This document shows, in pieces, positions 47,197 to 54,835 of a DNA stretch of 54,835 nt. The notes beneath the pieces are model-generated. The model worked only from the letters and a program-made list of their open reading frames with translations, was not told the origin of the DNA and searched no databases. This DNA comes from a virus (lineage: Duplodnaviria; Caudoviricetes), in IMG/VR virus record IMGVR_UViG_3300029448_000055, positions 1 to 54,835 of that record; one strand, 5' to 3'. Both the position numbers and the translations under genes were made by a program. Position 1 is the first letter of the stretch, and the number at the start of each line of letters is the position of its first letter.

Positions 47197-48076
47197 AGGT
47201 GCGTCGGCTCTTTCTTACGCCTTTATGATTCTTGCTTCTAGTGCAACTTTGCATAAATTTATCTTTGCGCTCTAAGTAATCTGGTCGATCTAATTTATTA
47301 TCAATCCAAGCAGCTGAAGCATCTTCACCTATTTTGCCCATGTAAGGACAAGGCGTACCAGCCATTTCCATAGCCTTAAATACTCTAGAGTCCTGACAAA
47401 GAATTGCTACCGAAGCTACTTTCATACCCGTATCGTATAAATATTTTGATAGTTTTAAACGCTCACAGTTTTCGTCTCTAACCGCTTTACCGCCAGACAA
47501 ACCAAAGAGCTGGCCTTGAAATGCGCCTGATACTCCAGTCGTACAAAGATCTTGCGAGTAAGACATAATGCTAGGCGCGATAGCAGAAGCTGGTGGCGAG
47601 TTTATATCTTGTTCAATTTTTTGTGTAGAAGTAGAAGTGTTGTTATTAGTATTAGTAGCAGTGTTGTTATTGGTATTTACATTTTGATTGTTAGTGCTAA
47701 CAGAACTAGTGCTATTACTAGTATTATTACTGGTTGAATTATTAGTATTATTATTAGTATTGCTATTTGTTACAGTTTGAGTAGCAGTAGAATTAACATT
47801 ACTAGTGCTAGTACTAACATTAGTATTTGAATTGGTGTTGGTATTTGCATTAGTAGAAACATTGGTATTGGTATTATTATTGGTATTGGTATTGGTATTT
47901 GTGTTGTTATTAGTATTATTGTTGGTATTAGTATTTGTTGTAGTAGTACTGTTAACAGTATTTAAACTATTACCTTCACAGTATTGAGATCCCATAGTGC
48001 AATCGCCAGTTTGTGCTGCTTGCAAATAGCTGGTTATTAAAAAAAGGGCACCAATAAAAATCAAGCGTTTTAACAT
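47177..48076 (-). CDS. Secreted protein with N/T low-complexity stalk and Cys-rich C-terminal domain
   Basis: Signal peptide MLKRLIFIGALFLITSYLQA; (NT)n repeats; PPASAIAP...DLC...DENCERLK...LCQD..V. Confidence 0.65.
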   Translation of the reverse strand: MLKRLIFIGALFLITSYLQAAQTGDCTMGSQYCEGNSLNTVNSTTTTNTNTNNNTNNNTNTNTNTNNNTNTNVSTNANTNTNSNTNVSTSTSNVNSTATQTVTNSNTNNNTNNSTSNNTSNSTSSVSTNNQNVNTNNNTATNTNNNTSTSTQKIEQDINSPPASAIAPSIMSYSQDLCTTGVSGAFQGQLFGLSGGKAVRDENCERLKLSKYLYDTGMKVASVAILCQDSRVFKAMEMAGTPCPYMGKIGEDASAAWIDNKLDRPDYLERKDKFMQSCTRSKNHKGVRKSRRTCEKEYS

Positions 48077-49188
48077 CAGGCCGTCCTTTTCCACATATAA
48101 ACAACTATGTATGGGTTCATAATAGAGAAACTAGAGCCACTACCAGTAGAACCTGTGGTTCCACTTACACTGCCACTAAAACCGTGAGTGTGACTAGAAG
48201 TAAATGTTGCAGTATTTCCACTTAAAGCAGCTTCCTCTAAAGTGTTACGACCAGCAGTAAAATTATCAGCAGAGTAGTTAGGAAATTTACCAGTGGTAAT
48301 TGTTGCTGTACCAGCATCTGTAGTACCGCTAAAGCTGGCGCTAAAGCTGTGATCATGCGAAGGTAAATTTGAAGTAGATAAGGTAACTGTTGAATCTCCA
48401 CCTGTACCACTAAAAGATCCACCTGAGCCAACCATAACTCGACCAGCACCAAAAGCTTCCCAAGTTCCAAAACCTAATAAACTAGATGGATTAGTACTGC
48501 TAGTTGCATTTACATAAATTGAACCTACTGGATAAACTCCTGCTAGTGCCGCAGCTAAAGTAGTTTTAGTATCTATCTGAGTTTGTATAGCTGAAGTAAC
48601 GCCATCTAAGTATTGAAATTCGGCGCTACTAACAGAGCCATTAGCAATTTTAGCAGCATCAATTGCTGCCGCAGATTTTATATCAGCATTAACAATGTTA
48701 GTGATTGTGTTGTTATCAGAGTCAATTGATTTGTTTGTTAAAGTTTGCGTGCCAGTTAGATCTACTAAACTTAAATCGTAAACTGCAGCTCCAGAACCAG
48801 CACCATCGGTAGCAACAACTTTTACTGCGCCATTTGGTATTTGTACGTTAGCGCCACTACCTTGAGAAATATTAATTGCTTGACTACCACTAGTGCTATT
48901 TTCAATAATCCAAACTTTAGAAACTGTATTAGGTCCTAATGTTAAAGTTCTAGTAGCACTTAACGTGGCTGAGGAAGTTACTTTTAAATATAATTTTCTA
49001 ATTTCATCAGTAGCACCATCTGCCATAGTTTCAGTGGCATCGGCATCGGAACTAAAACAATCTTTAGTACCACGGGCAAACCCCTCAGCAACTAATTCCA
49101 AATTAGTGTTGGTTGAAGTACCCCAGGTTCCTGATTCGTCACCTGTACTAATTTCTTTTAACCTTAAATCGTTAACGTAAGTTGCCAT
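48076..49188 (-). CDS. Tail fibre/baseplate-like protein
   Basis: GTWGTSTNTNL N-terminus; YPVGSIY...GRVMVG...LPSHDH...PYIVVYMWKRTA C-terminal module. Confidence 0.75.
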   Translation of the reverse strand: MATYVNDLRLKEISTGDESGTWGTSTNTNLELVAEGFARGTKDCFSSDADATETMADGATDEIRKLYLKVTSSATLSATRTLTLGPNTVSKVWIIENSTSGSQAINISQGSGANVQIPNGAVKVVATDGAGSGAAVYDLSLVDLTGTQTLTNKSIDSDNNTITNIVNADIKSAAAIDAAKIANGSVSSAEFQYLDGVTSAIQTQIDTKTTLAAALAGVYPVGSIYVNATSSTNPSSLLGFGTWEAFGAGRVMVGSGGSFSGTGGDSTVTLSTSNLPSHDHSFSASFSGTTDAGTATITTGKFPNYSADNFTAGRNTLEEAALSGNTATFTSSHTHGFSGSVSGTTGSTGSGSSFSIMNPYIVVYMWKRTA

Positions 49189-49197
49189 GTTGTTCCT

Positions 49198-50091
49198 CTA
49201 TGCTACATCCTCCCAATCTGGTGTTTGTGTTTCAGTTATTTCAGACCAGCCTGGAGTTTGTGTTTCAGTAATATTACTATAATTTGGTGTCTGTGTGCTA
49301 TCAAACTCAAACCAAATTATTAAATTTTCATTAAGTGAGCTAGTAGCACTAACTCCTAATAAAGTAACATTTGCTTCAGCATCTGGAGTTATTGAACCAA
49401 CGCCACCTGTTGCTGTTTGACCCGTTGGAATAATATTTGCTTTTCCAACAATAGTTAAAGTACCGACACCACCTGTCGCGGCTTGCCCAGTCGGAACTGT
49501 GTTGGCTTTGGCAATTGTGCTAACAGATCCTAATGCTGAGGTACCAACCTGCGTGGTAACTGTGACATTGGCTTCAGCGTCAGTGGTAACACTAACTGAG
49601 CCGACAGTACTAACTAGAGTTGGTAAAGTGGCAACTGCTTGGGCATTGACCCCGACACCAGCAATTTGTCCTGTGGCTGTTTGTCCAGTTGGAATTACAT
49701 TGGCTTTACCAATAATACTTGGCGTACCAAGGCCACTGGTAACTGTTAATCCAGTAACTGTAACATTACTAGCTGCATCAATTGCAATCGTGCCTAACGC
49801 AGAAGTACCAACTTGACTGCCTGGGGTTACATTAGCTTCAGCATCGGTGGTGACGCTAACCGAACCAACGGTACTGACTAAAGTAGGGAGGGTGGCTATA
49901 GCTTGCGCGTTGACGCCAACGCCAGAAACGGCACTAGTGGCCGCTTGTCCAGAAAGAGTTTGATTGGCTTTACCTACTTGAGCAGTAGTGCCAAGTGCTG
50001 AGGTTCCAGCTAAACCAGAAAGCGTAACTTGTACGGGAGTGCCACCTAAAGACGCAAAGGGCGATTGCGAAAAGGCGGTTATCCCAAACAT
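49198..50091 (-). CDS. Tail-associated repeat protein
   Basis: MFGITAFSQSPFASLG; ~29-aa ANV..G...T..VG repeats; QTPxW C-terminal repeats. Confidence 0.7.
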   Translation of the reverse strand: MFGITAFSQSPFASLGGTPVQVTLSGLAGTSALGTTAQVGKANQTLSGQAATSAVSGVGVNAQAIATLPTLVSTVGSVSVTTDAEANVTPGSQVGTSALGTIAIDAASNVTVTGLTVTSGLGTPSIIGKANVIPTGQTATGQIAGVGVNAQAVATLPTLVSTVGSVSVTTDAEANVTVTTQVGTSALGSVSTIAKANTVPTGQAATGGVGTLTIVGKANIIPTGQTATGGVGSITPDAEANVTLLGVSATSSLNENLIIWFEFDSTQTPNYSNITETQTPGWSEITETQTPDWEDVA

Positions 50092-50092
50092 C

Positions 50093-50317
50093 TTAGTCCT
50101 CGGCTATTTCTTTGGTTTCTGTCTCTTTAGGTTCTTGTAAAGAAGTTTTTAAATTATTTTCTAAAACAATTAAAGCAGCCACAATTACATCTAAAGCTTT
50201 TTGTGTTTTAAATTTTTCTTCTTGCTGTTCTTTAATTAAGTTATAAAAATATTTCTGTTGATCAGACATTTCATCAACAGGATATTCTTTATCATCAATA
50301 AGCAGTTTTTCTGTCAT
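50093..50317 (-). CDS. Hypothetical coiled-coil protein
   Basis: IDDKEY...MSDQQK; AGGAG RBS. Confidence 0.7.
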   Translation of the reverse strand: MTEKLLIDDKEYPVDEMSDQQKYFYNLIKEQQEEKFKTQKALDVIVAALIVLENNLKTSLQEPKETETKEIAED

Positions 50318-50321
50318 ATTA

Positions 50322-51026
50322 TTACTCCTGTATTTCTTTTGGTTGTGCTGGCATATCCCAACAATTTAAGTTAGAGGCTATTGTACGCCTTTCGCCTTCA
50401 CCTTTGAATGGATAAACCATATGTTGTAACCAAGAAGGAAAAACTAATAATTTTCCTACTTCTGGTTTTATAACGAAAGATTGTGGGGGTCTTAATCTTT
50501 CCGTATTCATTAATTCATTACGTCCATATTGAAAAGCGATATAGCCATCGCAATCGCCTGACGCTTGATACAAAGAATAATTTTGTGAACCAGCTGTTGG
50601 TTGATCTAATATTTGTTGCGGTACTTTAGTCCAGCCAGTCGTAGATATACCCATAATAGTTTTAGTGCCGTGATCGTGTATAGGGTTGTAATCGCCAGCA
50701 TAACTATGTACGGACCAAGTTTCATCAACGGCTACTGCTTTTGGATGATTTAATTTAGTGCCAGTGTTTTGGCTGAAAAAATTTATATAATCCGCACCTA
50801 ACGAACAAATAAAATCGGTATATTCTTTAATGCGTTTATCGCCATTGTCTAACAATAATTGTTCGCCTTGGGTTATTTGTCCGACTAAAGTATCAGCTAA
50901 AGATTTTTTATCTTCCGTCTCTTGATATTCGTCTAAATAATCGTTTATATCGTTTACCATACTTAACGGCATTTCTGTTTCCATAACAAAAACAGAAGGC
51001 ATATTATGTACAGTTACTTCTGCCAT
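50322..51026 (-). CDS. 2OG-Fe(II) oxygenase family protein
   Basis: GDYNPIHDH, LLVFPSWLQHMVYPF, ERRTIASN. Confidence 0.85.
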   Translation of the reverse strand: MAEVTVHNMPSVFVMETEMPLSMVNDINDYLDEYQETEDKKSLADTLVGQITQGEQLLLDNGDKRIKEYTDFICSLGADYINFFSQNTGTKLNHPKAVAVDETWSVHSYAGDYNPIHDHGTKTIMGISTTGWTKVPQQILDQPTAGSQNYSLYQASGDCDGYIAFQYGRNELMNTERLRPPQSFVIKPEVGKLLVFPSWLQHMVYPFKGEGERRTIASNLNCWDMPAQPKEIQE

Positions 51027-51346
51027 TAACTAGGTACGCTAAACGCTTGGTCGGGGGTACTTGCTACTGGCGGATTAGTAATAACTGAATCTACTTGACT
51101 AGCAAAAACTGTATCCCAGTGTGAAACAGGACAGATAGCTACTAAATCTGCATTTGACCAACTGCTTTTAGCTTTTAACGTAAAGCCATTTACCGATTGC
51201 TCAACTGTAGTGCTAAAAGTAGAAGTGTAATAGGTTGCATCACCTTCACTACCATTTTCATATTTCATTTCTATATCCCATTTATCAACTTTGCTACTGC
51301 TGTTAACGTATGGGGTACATTTTGTTATAGCTTTTGTTACTGCCAT
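51026..51346 (-). CDS. Tail-fibre-associated protein
   Basis: 106 aa right after a fibre gene; AAGGAG RBS. Confidence 0.6.
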   Translation of the reverse strand: MAVTKAITKCTPYVNSSSKVDKWDIEMKYENGSEGDATYYTSTFSTTVEQSVNGFTLKAKSSWSNADLVAICPVSHWDTVFASQVDSVITNPPVASTPDQAFSVPS

Positions 51347-51356
51347 TTTTTACTCC

Positions 51357-53351
51357 TTAGTTTAATTTATTTTCTAATTCATCAACTTTTGCTGATAATT
51401 CTTGAATTGCTTTAATTGCCATAGGTAACATAGCACTATAAGCAGCTTCTAGTTTTTCAGGATTATCCTCTAAAACTAATTGATGTTGGTCGTTATTACC
51501 AAGTTCTAATAATTCTTGAGCAATAAAACCATTTCTAGTTTTACCTTGATGTGGTGCATTATTTTGCGTTCTTAAATTCCATTTAAATTGTACTGGTCTA
51601 GTACTATTAATAAAATCTAAACCATAAGGTAAATCAATTATATCTGTTTTATCTCTAACATCAGATAAAGATGAAATACTATTAACATTACATCTAAGAG
51701 CAGAAATGTTCCCGTCTCCTAAAGTAAAACTGTTATTTGAATCAACTCCTGCTGTATCTGATGCTCTACCTATACAAGTATTATTACTTCCAGTGGTAGT
51801 TGAGTCTCCTGCTTCACAACCTATAAAAGTATTATTATCACCTGTAGTAACTGCAAGTCCTGCGTCTTTACCTACAGCAGTATTTTTATCACCACTTGTA
51901 GAAGCTGTTAAAGCTTGGTGTCCTACTGCGGTATTATTATCCGACTGTAAATTTGCATCTAAAGCGCTAGTTCCTATCGCTATATTATTGCCACCTTGGG
52001 TATTAGCTATTAAAGCATTTACACCCATAGCAATATTATTAGAGCCTGTAGTAGTTGCTTGTAAAGCATTACCACCAACTCCTATGTTTGCTGTACCAGT
52101 AGTGCTTGACATTAAAACAGCGTCTCCGACAGCTGTGTTATCGGATGAAGTTGTGAGTGTAGATAAACAAAGACGACCAATCGCTACGTTAGAAGAACCA
52201 GTGGTACACGCTTTTAAAGCATCTTTACCTGCTGCGGTGTTGTTACTTGCTGTGGTGTTTGCCAGTAAAGCATTCTGACCAACTGCTGTGTTATTATGTC
52301 CTGTAGTATTAGCATTTAATGACCTTGAACCATAAGCTGTGTTGTAATTACCTGTTGTATTAGCAGATAATGAAACTAATCCAAAAGCAGAATTTTCTGT
52401 ACCTGTTGTATTAGCATCAAGGCTTTCATGTCCAAAAGCACTATTGTAAACACCTGTAGTGTTTGCAGCTAATGAGCTTTTACCAACTGCTGTATTTTCA
52501 GAGCCAGTACTGTTTGCTGCTAAAGCATCTTTACCAACTGCTGTGTTGTTAGATGCTGTAGTGTTAGCACCAAGAGCATCTCGACCAACCGCTGTATTAG
52601 AAGCTCCAGTAGTAGTTACATTTAAAGCTGCAAAACCAACTGCGGTGTTATCATCTGCGGTAGTAGCATTTTCTAAAGCAGCTGTACCAAGTGCTGTGTT
52701 TTGAGACCCTGTTGTGTTAGCTGGTAATGAGTTTTTACCTAATGCAGCATTATTTGTTCCTGTAGTGTTTGCTCCTAAAGAAGCATAACCAACTGCAGTG
52801 TTGTTAGATGCTGTGGTGTTGGCATCAAGAGCTGTAGAACCTATTGCTACATTATTTGCTCCTGTAGTAATTGCTAATAACGCTGAATTTCCAATTGCTG
52901 TGTTATCAGCGCCAGTAACAGCTGTACTACCTGTTGCTCCTAAAGTAGCGTTACCTACTGCTGTGTTATTTGAACCTGTTGTTAAATTTTGAGCAGCATA
53001 AGAACCAACTGCTACAGTGTTAGAACCTGTAGTTAAACCCACTCCAGATGAAAAACCTAACGCTGTGTTATTGTCACCTGTAGTTAAAGCTGCAAAGACA
53101 TCTACACCTACACCTGTATTGTAGTTAGCAGCATCTATAGTACCTGTAGCATTATCACCAATCATTATTGATGAAGTACCAAAAGTCTTGCTGGTTATGC
53201 CGTTATAGCTTGCTGCTGTAGAAGCACCCGTTACAGCTAAATCCCCACCTACCGAAACATCCTCAGAACTATCAATAGTAATAGCAGTAGCATCAGAACT
53301 GTCCGAAATACCTGTATTTAATAAGCCTCTTGAGATTTTTGTTAGTGCCAT
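51357..53351 (-). CDS. Tail fibre/spike with 14-aa NTAVG repeats and C-terminal S74 autocleaving chaperone
   Basis: Many NTAVG..AL.ANTTG repeats; SDVRDK...GFIAQE...AIQELSAKV. Confidence 0.88.
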   Translation of the reverse strand: MALTKISRGLLNTGISDSSDATAITIDSSEDVSVGGDLAVTGASTAASYNGITSKTFGTSSIMIGDNATGTIDAANYNTGVGVDVFAALTTGDNNTALGFSSGVGLTTGSNTVAVGSYAAQNLTTGSNNTAVGNATLGATGSTAVTGADNTAIGNSALLAITTGANNVAIGSTALDANTTASNNTAVGYASLGANTTGTNNAALGKNSLPANTTGSQNTALGTAALENATTADDNTAVGFAALNVTTTGASNTAVGRDALGANTTASNNTAVGKDALAANSTGSENTAVGKSSLAANTTGVYNSAFGHESLDANTTGTENSAFGLVSLSANTTGNYNTAYGSRSLNANTTGHNNTAVGQNALLANTTASNNTAAGKDALKACTTGSSNVAIGRLCLSTLTTSSDNTAVGDAVLMSSTTGTANIGVGGNALQATTTGSNNIAMGVNALIANTQGGNNIAIGTSALDANLQSDNNTAVGHQALTASTSGDKNTAVGKDAGLAVTTGDNNTFIGCEAGDSTTTGSNNTCIGRASDTAGVDSNNSFTLGDGNISALRCNVNSISSLSDVRDKTDIIDLPYGLDFINSTRPVQFKWNLRTQNNAPHQGKTRNGFIAQELLELGNNDQHQLVLEDNPEKLEAAYSAMLPMAIKAIQELSAKVDELENKLN

Positions 53352-53355
53352 AATA

Positions 53356-53700
53356 TTATTCTATAGTTTTTTGTACGGATGTTGGCGTTACTTTTTCAGC
53401 TATTGTCGCATCCAGACCAGTTTTCATTTCTGTTACTTTATCAGACGTTAAAGCTGCTTCGACCCAACCCTGCACTGCTGCAGCATCGAGACTAGCAAAA
53501 GCGGTAAAGCTTGATAAGTCTGAAGTATCTAAACCCTGAGACCCATAGACTGTTGCAGTTTGCGCATTGCCGTCTGCATCATTATTAGTGTCATCAGTAG
53601 CTGTTAGTCGCCAGTGCACATTATAAACTACGTCAGACTTAGAGTCTTTAGTAGGATAAGTGTCCACAGTTTTTACATCCCATGCGTATGATATTGCCAT
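53356..53700 (-). CDS. Tail-fibre-associated protein
   Basis: AGGAGGT RBS before ATG 53700; VVYNVHWR...VQGWVE. Confidence 0.65.
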   Translation of the reverse strand: MAISYAWDVKTVDTYPTKDSKSDVVYNVHWRLTATDDTNNDADGNAQTATVYGSQGLDTSDLSSFTAFASLDAAAVQGWVEAALTSDKVTEMKTGLDATIAEKVTPTSVQKTIE

Positions 53701-53701
53701 T

Positions 53702-54820
53702 TTAGTCACCTCCTTTGAGTGTGTTAATTTCAGATTGTAAGGCTTCAATCTGTGTTTGTTGTTCTTGGATTGCTTTGGTTAAAACTGCTGTTAAGTGTCC
53801 ATAAGACATACCTTTTTGTTCATCTCCATCTGGGGTTACATCTGTGTTTACAATTTCAGGTACTAAAGACTCAACTTCTTGTGCAATAAATCCAATTTGT
53901 TCATCGTCATTTAATTTCATTTTATACTTTCTAGGTTTTAAAGCCTTCACTGTATCTAAACCATAACTAATATCTTCTATATCTTTTTTTATTCTTTCAT
54001 CTGAAGCATCATTGAATGCACCTGCTTGGTCTATATATCCTTGATTACTACCATTGTAAAAAAATAAATTTCCTGAACTTGATTGATAAATTTGTCTGTA
54101 ATAATTAGCAGGAGCACCAGAGTAAGTAATACCCACACCACCATCTCCTACACTTAGCATAGAACTGTTAATTTGTGCAGTTAGTCCAATATAAACTTGA
54201 CCAGCAGAGGTAATTCGCATTCTTTCATTAGAACCTAATGTATCTCCGTTGCTAAAAATAAAAGCTGAAGTGCCTCTATCGTAACCAAAAGACACTTCAT
54301 TTGTTGCACCAGAAAAATTAATAAAAGCATCATGGGAGTCAGAAGAAACTAATGATAATTTTACATCACCTCCACTTGAAACCATTTGTGCGTGTATAGA
54401 ACTACTATCTAAGATATGAAATTTAGAAGTAGGAGTTCCACCAATTCCAACATTACCAGAAGAATCTATTCGCATTCTTTCATTACCATTACTGTAAAAC
54501 TGTAAAGCATCAGAAGAATGGGTATAAACTAAAGCACCTTTAAAATTGCTATCTTCGTCACCAAATCGTACTTGACCAAGACCTGTTGATGCCGAAGCAA
54601 AATAAAGTTCAGTATTTGCGTTATTTTCAAGAGTTAGAGTTGAGTCAGTTCTTGATTGAAATCCTGTTAAAGCGTTTTTTGTAAAATGACCTTTTGTTTG
54701 TGGACTTGTAGTTCCAATTCCAACATTTTCAGAGCTATCTATAGTAATTGCAGTGGCATTACTTCCATCAACAATGCCAGGGGTACTTGATAACTCTACT
54801 GGGATCTTAGTATTAGCCAT
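53702..54820 (-). CDS. Tail fibre with C-terminal S74 autocleaving chaperone
   Basis: ERMRIDSSGNVGIG repeats; SDERIKKDI...GFIAQEV...KAIQEQQ. Confidence 0.88.
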   Translation of the reverse strand: MANTKIPVELSSTPGIVDGSNATAITIDSSENVGIGTTSPQTKGHFTKNALTGFQSRTDSTLTLENNANTELYFASASTGLGQVRFGDEDSNFKGALVYTHSSDALQFYSNGNERMRIDSSGNVGIGGTPTSKFHILDSSSIHAQMVSSGGDVKLSLVSSDSHDAFINFSGATNEVSFGYDRGTSAFIFSNGDTLGSNERMRITSAGQVYIGLTAQINSSMLSVGDGGVGITYSGAPANYYRQIYQSSSGNLFFYNGSNQGYIDQAGAFNDASDERIKKDIEDISYGLDTVKALKPRKYKMKLNDDEQIGFIAQEVESLVPEIVNTDVTPDGDEQKGMSYGHLTAVLTKAIQEQQTQIEALQSEINTLKGGD

Positions 54821-54835
54821 TTTCTAGTGCCTCCA
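54813..54835 (-). CDS. C-terminal remnant of an upstream fibre-like gene (partial)
   Basis: Reads ...EALENG-stop, typical of S74 chaperone coiled-coil ends; overlaps the ATG at 54820. Confidence 0.45.

Larger units (their letters stand above)
1..54835. mobile_element. Near-complete tailed dsDNA bacteriophage genome (podovirus-like, no integrase seen)
   Basis: TerL, TerS, portal, scaffold, major capsid, nozzle, ejection proteins, fibres, holin/endolysin and replication genes; no host housekeeping context; no tape-measure or sheath gene recognised. Confidence 0.95.

Noticed and set aside
47630-47960. (AAT/ACT)n tract as a phase-variable microsatellite
   Set aside because: Imperfect in-frame codon repeats encoding an N/T-rich stalk
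51357-54820. Diversity-generating retroelement acting on fibres
   Set aside because: No reverse transcriptase and no template/variable repeat pair differing at adenines was seen
54813-54835. Direct circular join of window end to start
   Set aside because: Joining puts the left fibre ORF out of frame with EALENG-stop and terminates it early; no terminal overlap is visible
1-54835. Many plus-strand ORFs opposite structural genes (e.g. 757, 6529, 13054, 42550, 51706) and minus-strand ORFs opposite replication genes
   Set aside because: Antisense shadows of real genes without RBS or recognisable motifs

Overview
The window is most of a ~55 kb AT-rich dsDNA tailed phage genome, podovirus-like and resembling uncultured marine phages. 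The host is unknown; strong Shine-Dalgarno sites and the XseB-like gene hint at a proteobacterium. Both ends cut through tail-fibre genes on the minus strand, so it is probably a nearly complete circularly permuted genome with a gap in the fibre region. Modules from left to right: (1) minus-strand head/neck operon (TerL, an XseB homologue, portal, GroES, scaffold, major capsid, adaptors, a glycosyltransferase-like gene); (2) a ~5.5 kb accessory island between terL and terS with small ORFs, sigma70-type promoters, terminators and strand-biased repeats; (3) DNA modification and replication genes (N4/N6 methyltransferase, PAPS-reductase-family protein, prim-pol/helicase, Cro-like HTH, AAA ATPase, DUF669-like SSB, SF2 helicase, nucleases) with an iteron-like origin candidate; (4) minus-strand ejection proteins, holin/endolysin, basic proteins, nozzle, a secreted-protein cassette and several tail fibres. 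I saw no integrase, family A/B DNA polymerase, RNA polymerase, tRNA, rRNA, reverse transcriptase or CRISPR array. The most unusual observations are a stand-alone xseB between terminase and portal, six small genes joined by an identical 14-bp junction, one-strand CGCA motif clusters, a shared hydrophobic-x-x-GG motif in putative internal virion proteins, a small basic protein carrying the capsid N-terminus, and two candidate pseudoknotted RNAs. All family assignments are by-eye motif recognition, not database hits.
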